NCBI GenBank assembly: GCA_029247135.1 | Contig: JAQWLS010000113.1 | Location: 1-57,875, forward strand | Length of the DNA stretch: 57,875 bases | Direction of reading: 5' to 3' | DNA from: Dehalococcoidia bacterium | Lineage (GTDB): Bacteria > Chloroflexota > Dehalococcoidia > UBA2979 | Part shown: piece by piece, positions 36,836-46,268 of the stretch | Layout: each line of letters opens with the position of its first letter | How positions within the stretch are numbered: position 1 is the stretch's first letter | Made by a program: the position numbers and the translations under genes | Notes under the pieces: model-generated | What the model saw: only the letters and a program-made list of their open reading frames with translations | Databases searched by the model: none | Told to the model about the DNA's origin: nothing

Positions 36836-39673
36836 TTAATTTATGGATCGCTTTTTTTGCGCTTTTCGAGCACTTCCTGGGGCATCGAGTCTTACTGCAC
36901 AGGCCTTGTACTCAGGGATGCCGCTTGGTAAGTCAAGCGCATCGTTCGTCAGTATATTTGCAGCCACTCCTTCAAGCGCAACAAACGGGACAAAGAGGTC
37001 ACCACGTTGCATTCGATCGACGACATGTACCCTCGCAATAATTTCGCCTCGTCTCGAACTAATTTGAATATCCTGACCATCTAAAATATTCATTTCGCTG
37101 GCGTCCGCTGGATTTATATCCACCGTGACTACTGGCACTTTTTTCATGAGGTTGGCAACCTCACGGGTTATAGCGCCGGTATGCCAGTGGTAAAGCGATC
37201 TCCCAGTAATCAGCGTGAAGGGGTATCGCCGACTAGGTAGTTCAGCTGCCGAGGCAGTCTGAACTACAGGCATAAATAAGCCTAGCCCTCGCGGGAAATC
37301 TTCATCGAATAATATCTTGGTTCCAGGGTGTGTATCGTCTGGGCATGGCCATTGAATGCCTCCCTCTTTATTGAGTCTCGAGTGTGAGAGTCCAGAAATT
37401 ATTGGTGTGAGGCTTGCCATCTCGTCAAATATTTCTGAAGAATCAGTATAGGTGAATTGATGGACAGGTCTTTCGATCCGATCCAGAACGCGGCGAGCTA
37501 TATCAGTGGTTATTTCCCAATCATTTCTTGCGTCCCCAACAGGTTTCATGAATGGACGAATCAATTGGACTCTCCGTTCTGAGTTTGTGAAAGTTCCCGA
37601 TTTTTCAGCGAAGGAGACTGCTGGTAGTACCACATCTGCGATTTCCGCCGTTTCATGCATAAATATATCCTGCACTACTAGGAAGTCGAGACGATTGAAT
37701 GCTTCACGCGCGTGGACCAAATATGGGTCAGAAACGAGAGGGTTTTCTCCTACAATATACATTGTGGTGAGTTCATTGCTTAACATTTTGTCGATCATTA
37801 GCGTCGATTGCAGCCCTGGATTATGAGGAATTTCTGCCTCCCATGCTGTTTCCCATTTACCATGTGTTTCTCCGCCAACAGGCTCATACCCTGGGAATAT
37901 ATTTGGTAAGCAGCCAGAATCTGAGCACCCTTGAACATTATTCTGTCCTCGTAAAGGTGAAATGCCGTTGCCTGATTTTCCTACTTGACCGCTGCTCAGC
38001 GCAAGATTAATGAGCGAACGGGCATTGTCAGAGCCATTCGTATGTTGTGTGATGCCCATTCCCCAAATGAGACATGAGCCGCGTTCGGTTCCATCACTGC
38101 TTGGTCTTGGTTGTGCGTACAGGCGAGCTGCTTTTGTGATGTCAGATGCAGGGACGCCTGTTATTTTTTCAGCTTGCGACAAGTCAGTTCCATCGATAAT
38201 TTCTTTCCATTCGTTGAAGCCCTCGGTTCGATTATGGATGAAGTCGTGATTTTCTAAGCCCTCATCAAGAATAACTTTCGCCATTGCATTGAAAAGAGTT
38301 ACATCTGTTCCAGGTCGGGGTTGTAAATGAATTTCTGCGACATCACAGAGGTCGATGCGGATCGGATTTACTACTATTAGGGCCGCATTGTTCGTCTCTA
38401 TGTTTCGGCGAATTCGAGACGCAACAACGGGATGATTTCGTCCCGTATCACTTCCTACTACTAGTAAAGTACCGGCATTTTCATAATCTTCATATGAGTT
38501 AGAGGTAGCTCCCGATCCGATCTGTTCCATCAAGGCTACAACGGACGGTGCGTGGCAGAGGCGAGAGCAGTGATCGATAGAATTTGTTCCCATCACTGAT
38601 CGTACGAACTTTTGCATAACATAGCCGTCTTCATTGGTGGCTTTAGCCGAGGCAATGCCTCCAAATTTCTGCGTGGGTGATTTTGTATTAACTGAGACCA
38701 CACTGGCAAATTTATCTGCCACGAGATTGAGAGCCTCATCCCAAGAGGCTGGCTCAAGCTTGCCATTTTTTCTAACTAATGGCTGGGTTAGTCGCTCTTT
38801 TGAAGTGACGTAGTCCAAGCCAAATCGACCCTTTACACAGGTCATGCCGAGCGAAGAATTATTTTCAGGAACTCCGTCTACCCATACGATATTTTCTTTG
38901 TCTGTATGCACTCGCAATCCACATCCAACGCCACAATAAGGACAAGTGGTTTCAGTTACGGTCGTACCTACTGCGGTTTCATATTGTTTTTCTAGATCTG
39001 TCGTGTTGCTAGTTGAGCTTATTATGGGTAGAGCCATTGCGATGGCGTTCGCATGTGGCGGGTGTTTTGTAATTGGCAACAGAGCACCAGTAGGGCATTG
39101 CGACACACACTGTCCACAAGAGGTGCAAGTAGAGCTCTCCCAGTCAGACTCAAAAGCGGATCCTATTACACTGTTTTGTCCTCGACCGTTAATGCCAATT
39201 GCGCCGATATGCTGGGTTTTTTGACAGGCATCGATACATCTGCCACACAATATGCAATCAGCCATTGAGAGTGAAAAGAAGGGATTACTATCGTCTTCTG
39301 AGGCCCGTGGCATAGGTGCGAACGTAGACTCAGCCAACATGTGTTTCTCCGCGTGTAAGGCGGCCAAACCTTTTCCTTTGCCGTCGGAAGACATGCCAAG
39401 TGTTAAATCTAAAACACCAGTCCGTATTCGCTGAGACTTAGGGCTATCAGTCATAATATTTTGTGAGTCACTAGCAGGAGTGTGACAGGCTGCAACGAGC
39501 CTTGGCGACCCGTCTATCTCAATGAGACATGTTCGACAAGCACCCAGGGGTGAACGTGATTCAGGTTTGCAAAGATGCGGTAAGTCAACATTGGATGCTA
39601 AAACAGCATCCAAAATAGTCGCGCCATCCGGTACTTCGACCGAGTCACCATTAACTTGTAGATTAATCACCAT
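36836..39673 (-). CDS. fdhA: Formate dehydrogenase alpha subunit (FdsA/FdhF-like, Cys type) with an N-terminal 2Fe-2S/4Fe-4S extension
   Basis: 2Fe-2S cysteines, CILCGRCIDAC, CTSCGQCVSQCP, CPYCGVGCG, the catalytic context HCSRLCHAPSV (Cys where Sec occurs in FdhH), and no in-frame TGA. Confidence 0.85.
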   Translation of the reverse strand: MVINLQVNGDSVEVPDGATILDAVLASNVDLPHLCKPESRSPLGACRTCLIEIDGSPRLVAACHTPASDSQNIMTDSPKSQRIRTGVLDLTLGMSSDGKGKGLAALHAEKHMLAESTFAPMPRASEDDSNPFFSLSMADCILCGRCIDACQKTQHIGAIGINGRGQNSVIGSAFESDWESSTCTSCGQCVSQCPTGALLPITKHPPHANAIAMALPIISSTSNTTDLEKQYETAVGTTVTETTCPYCGVGCGLRVHTDKENIVWVDGVPENNSSLGMTCVKGRFGLDYVTSKERLTQPLVRKNGKLEPASWDEALNLVADKFASVVSVNTKSPTQKFGGIASAKATNEDGYVMQKFVRSVMGTNSIDHCSRLCHAPSVVALMEQIGSGATSNSYEDYENAGTLLVVGSDTGRNHPVVASRIRRNIETNNAALIVVNPIRIDLCDVAEIHLQPRPGTDVTLFNAMAKVILDEGLENHDFIHNRTEGFNEWKEIIDGTDLSQAEKITGVPASDITKAARLYAQPRPSSDGTERGSCLIWGMGITQHTNGSDNARSLINLALSSGQVGKSGNGISPLRGQNNVQGCSDSGCLPNIFPGYEPVGGETHGKWETAWEAEIPHNPGLQSTLMIDKMLSNELTTMYIVGENPLVSDPYLVHAREAFNRLDFLVVQDIFMHETAEIADVVLPAVSFAEKSGTFTNSERRVQLIRPFMKPVGDARNDWEITTDIARRVLDRIERPVHQFTYTDSSEIFDEMASLTPIISGLSHSRLNKEGGIQWPCPDDTHPGTKILFDEDFPRGLGLFMPVVQTASAAELPSRRYPFTLITGRSLYHWHTGAITREVANLMKKVPVVTVDINPADASEMNILDGQDIQISSRRGEIIARVHVVDRMQRGDLFVPFVALEGVAANILTNDALDLPSGIPEYKACAVRLDAPGSARKAQKKRSIN

Positions 39674-39825
39674 GTATTTTGAATGAATTCCTCTTTAGCA
39701 TTGCCTGTAACTACGTAATTTTATAATTAAAGCTTAACAAAATCCGAGCAAAACAGAAATGGTACAGAATTTCTCTACGATTCCGGTTATATTAGTGTAC
39801 AAAATATAGAAGAATAGAGGTCTAG

Positions 39826-40170
39826 ATGTCAGCAAAACCAGAGAAGTTAGAAGGCGAACCTTTTTATAGAATTGATGTTGACGAGGCTAAACGAATGATC
39901 GATGAGCAGGACGTGCAGGTGATTGATGCTCGGGAAATTGATGAGCACGCAGATGGACATGTTCCAGGGTCGGTTCGGATTCAGCATATGGCGGTGCTAA
40001 GCAATGCCGATAAGCTGGCGGTGGATAAGCCGATTCTCTTTATTTGTAGGAGTGGCCAACGATCGGCCGTAGCTGCAGAATTTGCTGCCTCCCTTGGGCT
40101 GGATGATCTTTACAATGTCGAAGGTGGTCATCAAGCTTGGGCTGAAGCAGGTTATCCGATGGAATCCTAG
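39826..40170 (+). CDS. Single-domain rhodanese sulfurtransferase
   Basis: Active-site loop FICRSGQRS (CxxxxR) and a 114 aa length. Confidence 0.85.
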   Translation: MSAKPEKLEGEPFYRIDVDEAKRMIDEQDVQVIDAREIDEHADGHVPGSVRIQHMAVLSNADKLAVDKPILFICRSGQRSAVAAEFAASLGLDDLYNVEGGHQAWAEAGYPMES

Positions 40171-40847
40171 TTTCGATTAGTTCCACCAAACCGCGTTGCC
40201 TGCAGAAAATTGAGTTGCTTTTTTATTTTCGTTTTTGCTTTTTGCAAAAGCACATTTGCTACTGGCAGTCTTTGTTCGCTGTCATAGGTAGATAGTAAAT
40301 CCTGTCGAAGCAGATCAGGTGCATAGCCTTCCGTTATCGCACCGACTTGATTACAAAACTTATGAACGTTTGGGCGTGCGTCTGGTATTTTTCTCCACGA
40401 GCTTGCGAGGGCATCTCGCATCGTGAGAACTTCTATATATGACTCCCAAATCATGTCGAATAGGGCATTGGGAGAAATCACACTATTAGATTTATTTTCA
40501 TGTAGGTCAGTCGGAAGGTTAAATGATACGTCAGCTTGCGGATACGGCAGGTGACTAACATTTGTGTTTATCTGGAATCTTTTATCTCCGTACCCCGTAA
40601 GCAGAATTCGGTTATTCCTAGTAGGTACGATTTCACGGATCTTTACAGTTGTGCCTACGCCATGGGGTATTGCTTCGCCGCCAACTTCTTCTCCATAGTC
40701 AATTAGGACTACACCGAATTCCACATTATTTTCGGCACAATAAGTGAGCATTTCCTTGTAACGGTCTTCAAATATCTGCAGGACTATTTCCTGTCGAGGG
40801 AATAGAACTTTTTTTAAAGGCATTAGAGGGATACTTTTATCAGGCAT
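40167..40847 (-). CDS. LON N-terminal substrate-binding domain protein
   Basis: LMPLKKVLFPRQEIVLQIFEDRYKEM is typical of the stand-alone LON-domain family. Confidence 0.75.
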   Translation of the reverse strand: MPDKSIPLMPLKKVLFPRQEIVLQIFEDRYKEMLTYCAENNVEFGVVLIDYGEEVGGEAIPHGVGTTVKIREIVPTRNNRILLTGYGDKRFQINTNVSHLPYPQADVSFNLPTDLHENKSNSVISPNALFDMIWESYIEVLTMRDALASSWRKIPDARPNVHKFCNQVGAITEGYAPDLLRQDLLSTYDSEQRLPVANVLLQKAKTKIKKQLNFLQATRFGGTNRN

Positions 40848-40903
40848 TGTTTTATTGTCGTTAATTTATGTCCCAGCCTAGAACCAGATATGTGAATATA
40901 ACG

Positions 40904-43354
40904 CTATACACTAATCGGCGACTTATTTTTCGTTATTTCAAACCTAAAGTCAGAGGAGTTCTCAGTCTCGTCAAGATCGATATCAACTGTATCACCGCTG
41001 TCTAGTTCTCCCGCCAGCATAGCTCGAGCGAGGATATTTTCAATTCTTCTTTCGATGAGTCGTTTTAGTGGACGGGCTCCGAATTGTGGGTCATATCCTT
41101 CTTTAGCAAGTATAGCCATGGCCTTTTCACTGATATTTAAGACAATCTGCTGGGTCCCTATCCGCGCAGCAATTTGTTTCATTTCAAGGTTTGCTACGTC
41201 AGCAATCTCTTTTTCGTTTAAGGGCTCAAAAACCACTATTTCGTCGAGCCGATTGAGAAATTCTGGTCGGAATGTCTGCTTGAGCGATGACTCAATGCGT
41301 TTTTCTTGTGCATTCGCCTCATCTGTTGATTGCGATCTAACAAATCCGACAGGTTCACGTTTTGCATCGACGCCCAAATTACTGGTCAAAATAATTATGG
41401 TATTACTGAAATCTACGGTCCGTCCGTGTGAGTCAGTGAGACGTCCGTCATCCATTATTTGAAGGAGCGTGTTAAATATGTCTGGATGCGCCTTTTCGAT
41501 CTCGTCAAAGAGGATAACTTGGTATGGCCGTCGACGAATTTGCTCAGTAAGTTCTCCAGCTTGGTCATATCCGATATATCCTGGAGGAGCACCGATTAAT
41601 CTTGATGCGGTATGTTTTTCACTGTATTCGGACATATCAAGACGAATGATTGCATCCTGATCATCGAACAAATACTCTGCGAGCGCTTGTGCTAGATAAG
41701 TTTTCCCGACACCAGTCGGTCCCACAAAGATGAACGAGCCGATTGGTCTTCGGGGATCCTTTAATCCGGATCTAGCTCTGCGAATAGCGTCCGAAAGTGA
41801 ACCTATAGCTCGTTCCTGGCCGACGATTCGTTCGTGTAGAAATTCTTCCATTCGAAGTAATTTAGATGCCTCTGCTTCGAGCATTTGGGCAACCGGAATA
41901 CCGGTCATTTGGGCTATGAGGCGTGCAATGTCGTGTCTTGTAACTTCGCTATTTGGACTATTTTCAGATTGCCAGTCTTGCACACAATCTTCATATTTTG
42001 CTTGAATGTGTAAAAGTTGTTGCTTGATTTGTGCCGCTTCTTCAAAATCTTTTTTTTCTGCGGCTAGGTCGAGTCTTGAAGATGCATCATCTACTTCTCT
42101 TTTGAGTTCCCTGATTGCTGGTGCCATTGATTCATTTTCGATGACCTGCCGTGATGATGCTTCATCAATAAGATCTATTGCCTTATCAGGTAAGTGTCGG
42201 TCCGTAATATATCGTGATGAGAGATTTACAGCAGCATCAATAGCCTCATCGGTGATGGAGATTCCATGATGATCCTCGTAACTAGGTCGGAGTCCTTGCA
42301 GAATTGCTGTGGCATCTTCCAGCGATGGCTCATCAACATATACTGGTGAAAATCGCCTCTCTAGGGCTGGATCAGATTCAATTGATGTCCTGTACTCATC
42401 AAGTGTGGTTGCACCAATGACATGTAGTTCCCCACGTGCGAGGGCTGGTTTCATCATATTTGAGGCATCGAGTGCCCCATCTGTACCGCCAGCTCCCACA
42501 ACTGTATGTAATTCATCTATAAACAGTAAAACTTCACCCTGGGAACTTTTAACCTCCTGCATTACGGCTTGCAGACGTTCTTCAAATTCACCACGAAACT
42601 TTGATCCGGCTAAAAGTGCTCCCATATCGAGGGCCATCACTCGTCGATCTTTGAGACGTTCGGGAACATCGTCATCAACAATTCTTTGTGCGAGACCTTC
42701 GGCAATTGCGGTTTTCCCTACACCAGCTTCTCCAATGATGACTGGATTATTTTTTGTTCGTCTATTCAGAATTTGCATTACCCTACTGATTTCACCATCC
42801 CTTCCTATTACGGGATCGAGCATGCCTTGCTTTGCAAATTCAGTCAGATCTCGAGCGAATTTGGTGAGTGCTTGATAGGTTGATTCAGCGGTCGGTGAAT
42901 CAACTCGAGCTGATCCACGAACACTTTGTAAAGCTCGATAGAGTCGTTCTTTACTTACCTGAAATTCCTCCATTACTCTTGCTGATTCACCGTCGGTTGC
43001 ATCGACAACTGCTAAGAGCAGATGTTCGACTCCAACATATTCGTCCTTTAGCCGATTAGCTTCAGCGTTTGCACGCTCGAGCATTTCAACGATTCGCGGG
43101 GTGGTGTAAATTTGAACTACTTCATTGCCGAGTTTTGGACCATTCTTTAATTTCTCTTGTAGTGAGCGCAACATCGCATCACTATCTACTTGTGCGGCCG
43201 CGAAGATATCTCGTGCAAGACCATTTGGTAGAGCTAGAAGAGCAAATAGGACGTGTTCAACGTCCCATTGCGAATGACGCTCGTCTCTAACTAGCTGTTG
43301 CGAGGCAGATATTACCTCTTGAGCTTGTTCAGTGAATCGGTCGTTTCGCATCAT
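40904..43354 (-). CDS. clpC: Class I Clp/Hsp100 AAA+ chaperone, ClpC-like
   Basis: Walker A motifs GEAGVGKT (about residue 208) and GPTGVGKT (about residue 545) imply a short middle domain. It also has a UVR-like [12 protein letters not shown] and a PVGF loop of the ClpP-docking type. Confidence 0.85.
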   Translation of the reverse strand: MMRNDRFTEQAQEVISASQQLVRDERHSQWDVEHVLFALLALPNGLARDIFAAAQVDSDAMLRSLQEKLKNGPKLGNEVVQIYTTPRIVEMLERANAEANRLKDEYVGVEHLLLAVVDATDGESARVMEEFQVSKERLYRALQSVRGSARVDSPTAESTYQALTKFARDLTEFAKQGMLDPVIGRDGEISRVMQILNRRTKNNPVIIGEAGVGKTAIAEGLAQRIVDDDVPERLKDRRVMALDMGALLAGSKFRGEFEERLQAVMQEVKSSQGEVLLFIDELHTVVGAGGTDGALDASNMMKPALARGELHVIGATTLDEYRTSIESDPALERRFSPVYVDEPSLEDATAILQGLRPSYEDHHGISITDEAIDAAVNLSSRYITDRHLPDKAIDLIDEASSRQVIENESMAPAIRELKREVDDASSRLDLAAEKKDFEEAAQIKQQLLHIQAKYEDCVQDWQSENSPNSEVTRHDIARLIAQMTGIPVAQMLEAEASKLLRMEEFLHERIVGQERAIGSLSDAIRRARSGLKDPRRPIGSFIFVGPTGVGKTYLAQALAEYLFDDQDAIIRLDMSEYSEKHTASRLIGAPPGYIGYDQAGELTEQIRRRPYQVILFDEIEKAHPDIFNTLLQIMDDGRLTDSHGRTVDFSNTIIILTSNLGVDAKREPVGFVRSQSTDEANAQEKRIESSLKQTFRPEFLNRLDEIVVFEPLNEKEIADVANLEMKQIAARIGTQQIVLNISEKAMAILAKEGYDPQFGARPLKRLIERRIENILARAMLAGELDSGDTVDIDLDETENSSDFRFEITKNKSPISV

Positions 43355-43378
43355 GATATAGCCTCCCTATAACTCTGA

Positions 43379-43771
43379 CTAAGAAAATCTTAGAAAAAAA
43401 TCGGCACCGTATTCTTTTTCAGCTTTGTAAGTGTTCTCTGAATCGTGGTTCATTTCTGTCAGTTGTTCGCGCAAGGCTTCAACATCCGCGGTCAAGGTTT
43501 TGTTGGTTTCTTCAAGTTGTTTTATTTGTCTATGTAGACGCATCATAATTTCAACTCCTGCCAAGTTGAGCCCTAGATCTGTAGTCCAACTCACGATCTG
43601 GCCCAATTGATCAATATCACGAGTTGAAAATAATCTGGTATTGCCAATTGAGCGAGCTGGCTGCACTAATCCTAGGCGCTCGTATGACCTAATAGTCTGC
43701 TGATGGACCCCTATTATTTTTGCGACAACAGAAATTTGAAACAGTGGCTCATCTTGTGGAATAGCTGTCAC
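43379..43771 (-). CDS. hspR: MerR-family heat-shock repressor HspR
   Basis: HTH FQISVVAKIIGVHQQTIRSYERLGLVQPARSIGNTRLFS plus a C-terminal coiled coil. GTG 43771 lies 1 nt after the dnaJ stop and follows GGAGG. Confidence 0.8.
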   Translation of the reverse strand: MTAIPQDEPLFQISVVAKIIGVHQQTIRSYERLGLVQPARSIGNTRLFSTRDIDQLGQIVSWTTDLGLNLAGVEIMMRLHRQIKQLEETNKTLTADVEALREQLTEMNHDSENTYKAEKEYGADFFLRFS

Positions 43772-43772
43772 C

Positions 43773-44669
43773 TCAGGCCTCCTGTCCAGACTCTTCAAGC
43801 GCTCGAAGCTGTTCGTACAAAGCCTTTTGTGCCTCGGATAGTTCATTGGGGACCCGTATCCGAATTATTCCAATCAGATCTCCAAATCCACCGTCAGTTT
43901 TCGGCATGCCTTGCCCAGCGAGTCGAATTTTTGCCCCACCCTGAGAGGATGCAGGGATACTAACCTCTAACGTTGTCGATTTAATACTTGTGACAGAAAG
44001 AGAACTTCCTAATGCAGCATCCGAGGGTGTGATTAAGAGATCTATCTCTAGGTCATCATTAGTGCGTGTGAATATAGGATGATGCATTACCATGGTTTTA
44101 ATATATAAATCACCGGGATTTCCACCATTTCGTCCGTCTTGTCCTCTTCTTGGTATTCTGATTCGCTGTTTATTTTTAACACCAGCAGGAATTTTTACCT
44201 CTATCTGTGAGCCCGGGTATTTCCCTACTTGTGCCGTAACTGTTTTTGCTATTCCCTTATACGAGTCCTCGAGTGATATTTCTATCTGTTGCTCAGTGTC
44301 AGAGCCTTTTTGCGGTTGTGGTTTTCGATTGAACGCCCCGCCCAGACCGCCAAATAGCGATTCAAATCCTGATGACTGGCTGCCACGACCACCAAACACG
44401 TCTCCAAAGTCAAATACAACGTTGTCATTTTGGAATCCAGATCCACCCGCAGGTCGTGCATGGCCAAATCGATCGTATTGTGCCTTCTTTTCAGAATCAG
44501 ACAAAATCTGATATGCATCGTTAATTGTCTTGAATTTTTCAGCTGCGGCGGAGTCACCGGCATTAACATCAGGGTGGTATTCGCGTGCAAGCTTCCTGTA
44601 TGCAGTTCGAATTTCTTTTTCGGAAGAGGTTCTTTTGATACCTAAAGTTTGATATGGATCAGTTTGCAC
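43773..44669 (-). CDS. cbpA: J-domain co-chaperone, CbpA type (no zinc-finger domain)
   Basis: J domain DPYQTLGI...YHPDVN, a G/F-rich region, and C-terminal substrate-binding domains. There are no CxxCxGxG repeats. GTG start. Confidence 0.85.
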   Translation of the reverse strand: MQTDPYQTLGIKRTSSEKEIRTAYRKLAREYHPDVNAGDSAAAEKFKTINDAYQILSDSEKKAQYDRFGHARPAGGSGFQNDNVVFDFGDVFGGRGSQSSGFESLFGGLGGAFNRKPQPQKGSDTEQQIEISLEDSYKGIAKTVTAQVGKYPGSQIEVKIPAGVKNKQRIRIPRRGQDGRNGGNPGDLYIKTMVMHHPIFTRTNDDLEIDLLITPSDAALGSSLSVTSIKSTTLEVSIPASSQGGAKIRLAGQGMPKTDGGFGDLIGIIRIRVPNELSEAQKALYEQLRALEESGQEA

Positions 44670-44743
44670 TTAAATTCACCTTTCAGGTGTTTAATTTAGT
44701 GTAAAGTATTATATGTTACATACAAGAAGAAATATAATATAAC

Positions 44744-44768
44744 CTTAGTGCAGAGCACTAAGATTATA
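44744..44768 (-). promoter_or_regulatory. Perfect palindrome CTTAGTGC-AGA-GCACTAAG abutting a minus-strand TATAAT; candidate HspR operator and promoter of the dnaJ-hspR-clpC operon
   Basis: Read directly. It lies 75-93 nt upstream of the dnaJ GTG, in an AT-rich tract. The architecture resembles the HspR-associated inverted repeat (HAIR). Confidence 0.5.
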
Positions 44769-44872
44769 TTAATTATAATATTATAAATATCATCTTATGA
44801 CGGATTTATTTATGAGCTGGGACGTGTCTACTGGTTATTTCGAAATCGAGTTTGGCGAGGCGTAATTTAGAG

Positions 44873-45688
44873 CTAGCGAGGTAGTGAAAGGAAATTCGGG
44901 TTAGATTCGATAGAGTACAGATAGACTGATCCTGCTGTTAGCGAGTCACTATTTTGGTTGATAAATCGATTTCTACGTTGCTCTAATCTAGACAGTAGGA
45001 TCATGGCCCTTCGAGTGTCAGATGCTATGCGGGCAGGTTCCATATGTCGCACCCGGTACTTTGAAAGCCAGTAAAGGAAGTGTTCATAATCTCCGCGAGT
45101 TGCGTTCTCTGGTAGGAGCATTCCAGACGCGCCACGATAATGCGATCTGAGCTTTTTAAAAGGTTCACCGTAGACTTCCTTGAATGCTTGTTCATCTGCA
45201 TATGGTCTTTCGATCGCCTCGAATATGGAGGCGTTTTTTACTAGTTTCTCTTCTGCTGACGCTAAAACTAGTTGCTCTACGATTACGCCGTATTGGTAGT
45301 TTAGGAATGCTCGATATTTGGCAGCCCCGATTGCCGCTTCGAACGCAGCTTCTTCTTGCCCGTTACGGCTTAGTACCGGCGATATCCCAAAAACCACTAA
45401 TTTTTCAGTTTCGTCCGATGGCAACAATGATTCGGCACTGATAATTAATCGCTCAGCGAGCGAGAGCCAGTCGAAGGCTTCTCCGTTGATTAAATAGTGG
45501 CGAGTATGCCCATCAAAGTATTCACTCGCTGCGGTCCAACGGGAGATGACGTTGAGTAACGCTGGATACCATGGCGTCCCGGCTCTGACCTGCTTTCTAA
45601 ACTCGTTGACTCCTTCTTCGGGGTTCAGCGGTCCATCGGCTTTTTGGGCGAGGGAGGAAGCTGTTGGACCTGTGACCATTTCTACCAT
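44873..45688 (-). CDS. Hypothetical protein (271 aa)
   Basis: Long ORF on the same strand as its neighbours. No motif recognised. Confidence 0.5.
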   Translation of the reverse strand: MVEMVTGPTASSLAQKADGPLNPEEGVNEFRKQVRAGTPWYPALLNVISRWTAASEYFDGHTRHYLINGEAFDWLSLAERLIISAESLLPSDETEKLVVFGISPVLSRNGQEEAAFEAAIGAAKYRAFLNYQYGVIVEQLVLASAEEKLVKNASIFEAIERPYADEQAFKEVYGEPFKKLRSHYRGASGMLLPENATRGDYEHFLYWLSKYRVRHMEPARIASDTRRAMILLSRLEQRRNRFINQNSDSLTAGSVYLYSIESNPNFLSLPR

Positions 45689-45776
45689 CGATTCAGCCTA
45701 TCAGAGAGTGTGAGTAGATTTAATTTTCTTAAAATATAAGATAAAGCAAACACCTACGCTAAACAAAGTGTCCGTC

Positions 45777-46265
45777 TTACATTATTCGAGCATCACCTGA
45801 GTTTTGCAGCATTGAATCTATGATATCGCTGGTACTGAGGTCTCTAGCTTGAATAACTAATCCCTTATTATCTATGTCTGCCGGTGAATCGGAGGTTTCA
45901 TCAACTAGCGTTACGAACCGGAGCACACCACCTCGTAAATAGTTGCAGAATGCGTCAAGATAGAATTGTGAATGCACTTGAACAGAGAGAATTGGTAAGA
46001 ATCCAGCTTCGGAAAATGAACGGGCTAAAAGACACATATTACGAATGATTAATTCGTACCGGCGTTCATTTTCCTCATTCTTATTAGGGTTATAGTCCGT
46101 ATCTCCACTAATAATCATATCTGCGAGATCTGATGCCTGAATTACAGCTGCCTTTGCATAGCTTCCCCCCAAGTGTTTAGCGAATTCCTGATTATTTTCA
46201 AGTATCCAAGATGAGATTAGCCAAATTTCAGGTAAGGTGTCGGTCTGTTGGTTTGAAGTATTCAT
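45777..46265 (-). CDS. Hypothetical protein (162 aa), possibly a degenerate P-loop-kinase-like fold
   Basis: The ATG lies 3 nt after the secA stop. The layout resembles small nucleotide or chloramphenicol-phosphotransferase-like kinases, but no GxxxxGK(S/T) is present. Confidence 0.45.
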   Translation of the reverse strand: MNTSNQQTDTLPEIWLISSWILENNQEFAKHLGGSYAKAAVIQASDLADMIISGDTDYNPNKNEENERRYELIIRNMCLLARSFSEAGFLPILSVQVHSQFYLDAFCNYLRGGVLRFVTLVDETSDSPADIDNKGLVIQARDLSTSDIIDSMLQNSGDARIM

Positions 46266-46268
46266 AGA

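Noticed and set aside
36836-39673. Selenocysteine-containing formate dehydrogenase
   Set aside because: The ORF is uninterrupted, and the catalytic position reads Cys (SRLCHAPSV). There is no in-frame TGA that would call for a SECIS element.
41055-42875. Several 63-188-aa plus-strand ORFs antisense to clpC
   Set aside because: These are shadow frames of a strongly conserved AAA+ gene. They have no motifs and a biased S/R/A composition.
40904-43354. Calling the Hsp100 gene clpB, as expected for an HspR regulon
   Set aside because: The spacing between the two Walker A motifs (about 337 residues) implies a short ClpC-type middle domain. A UVR-like motif and a VGF loop are also present. I kept the call as ClpC-like, pending a profile search.
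43772-43846. Long hspR start overlapping dnaJ by 74 nt
   Set aside because: GTG 43771, preceded by GGAGG and lying 1 nt after the dnaJ stop, gives a normal MerR-type N-terminus. The extension has no HTH-related sequence.
44744-44762. CIRCE (HrcA) element
   Set aside because: The half-sites TTAGTGC/GCACTAA with a 3-5 nt spacer do not match TTAGCACTC-N9-GAGTGCTAA. The operon also encodes HspR, not HrcA.
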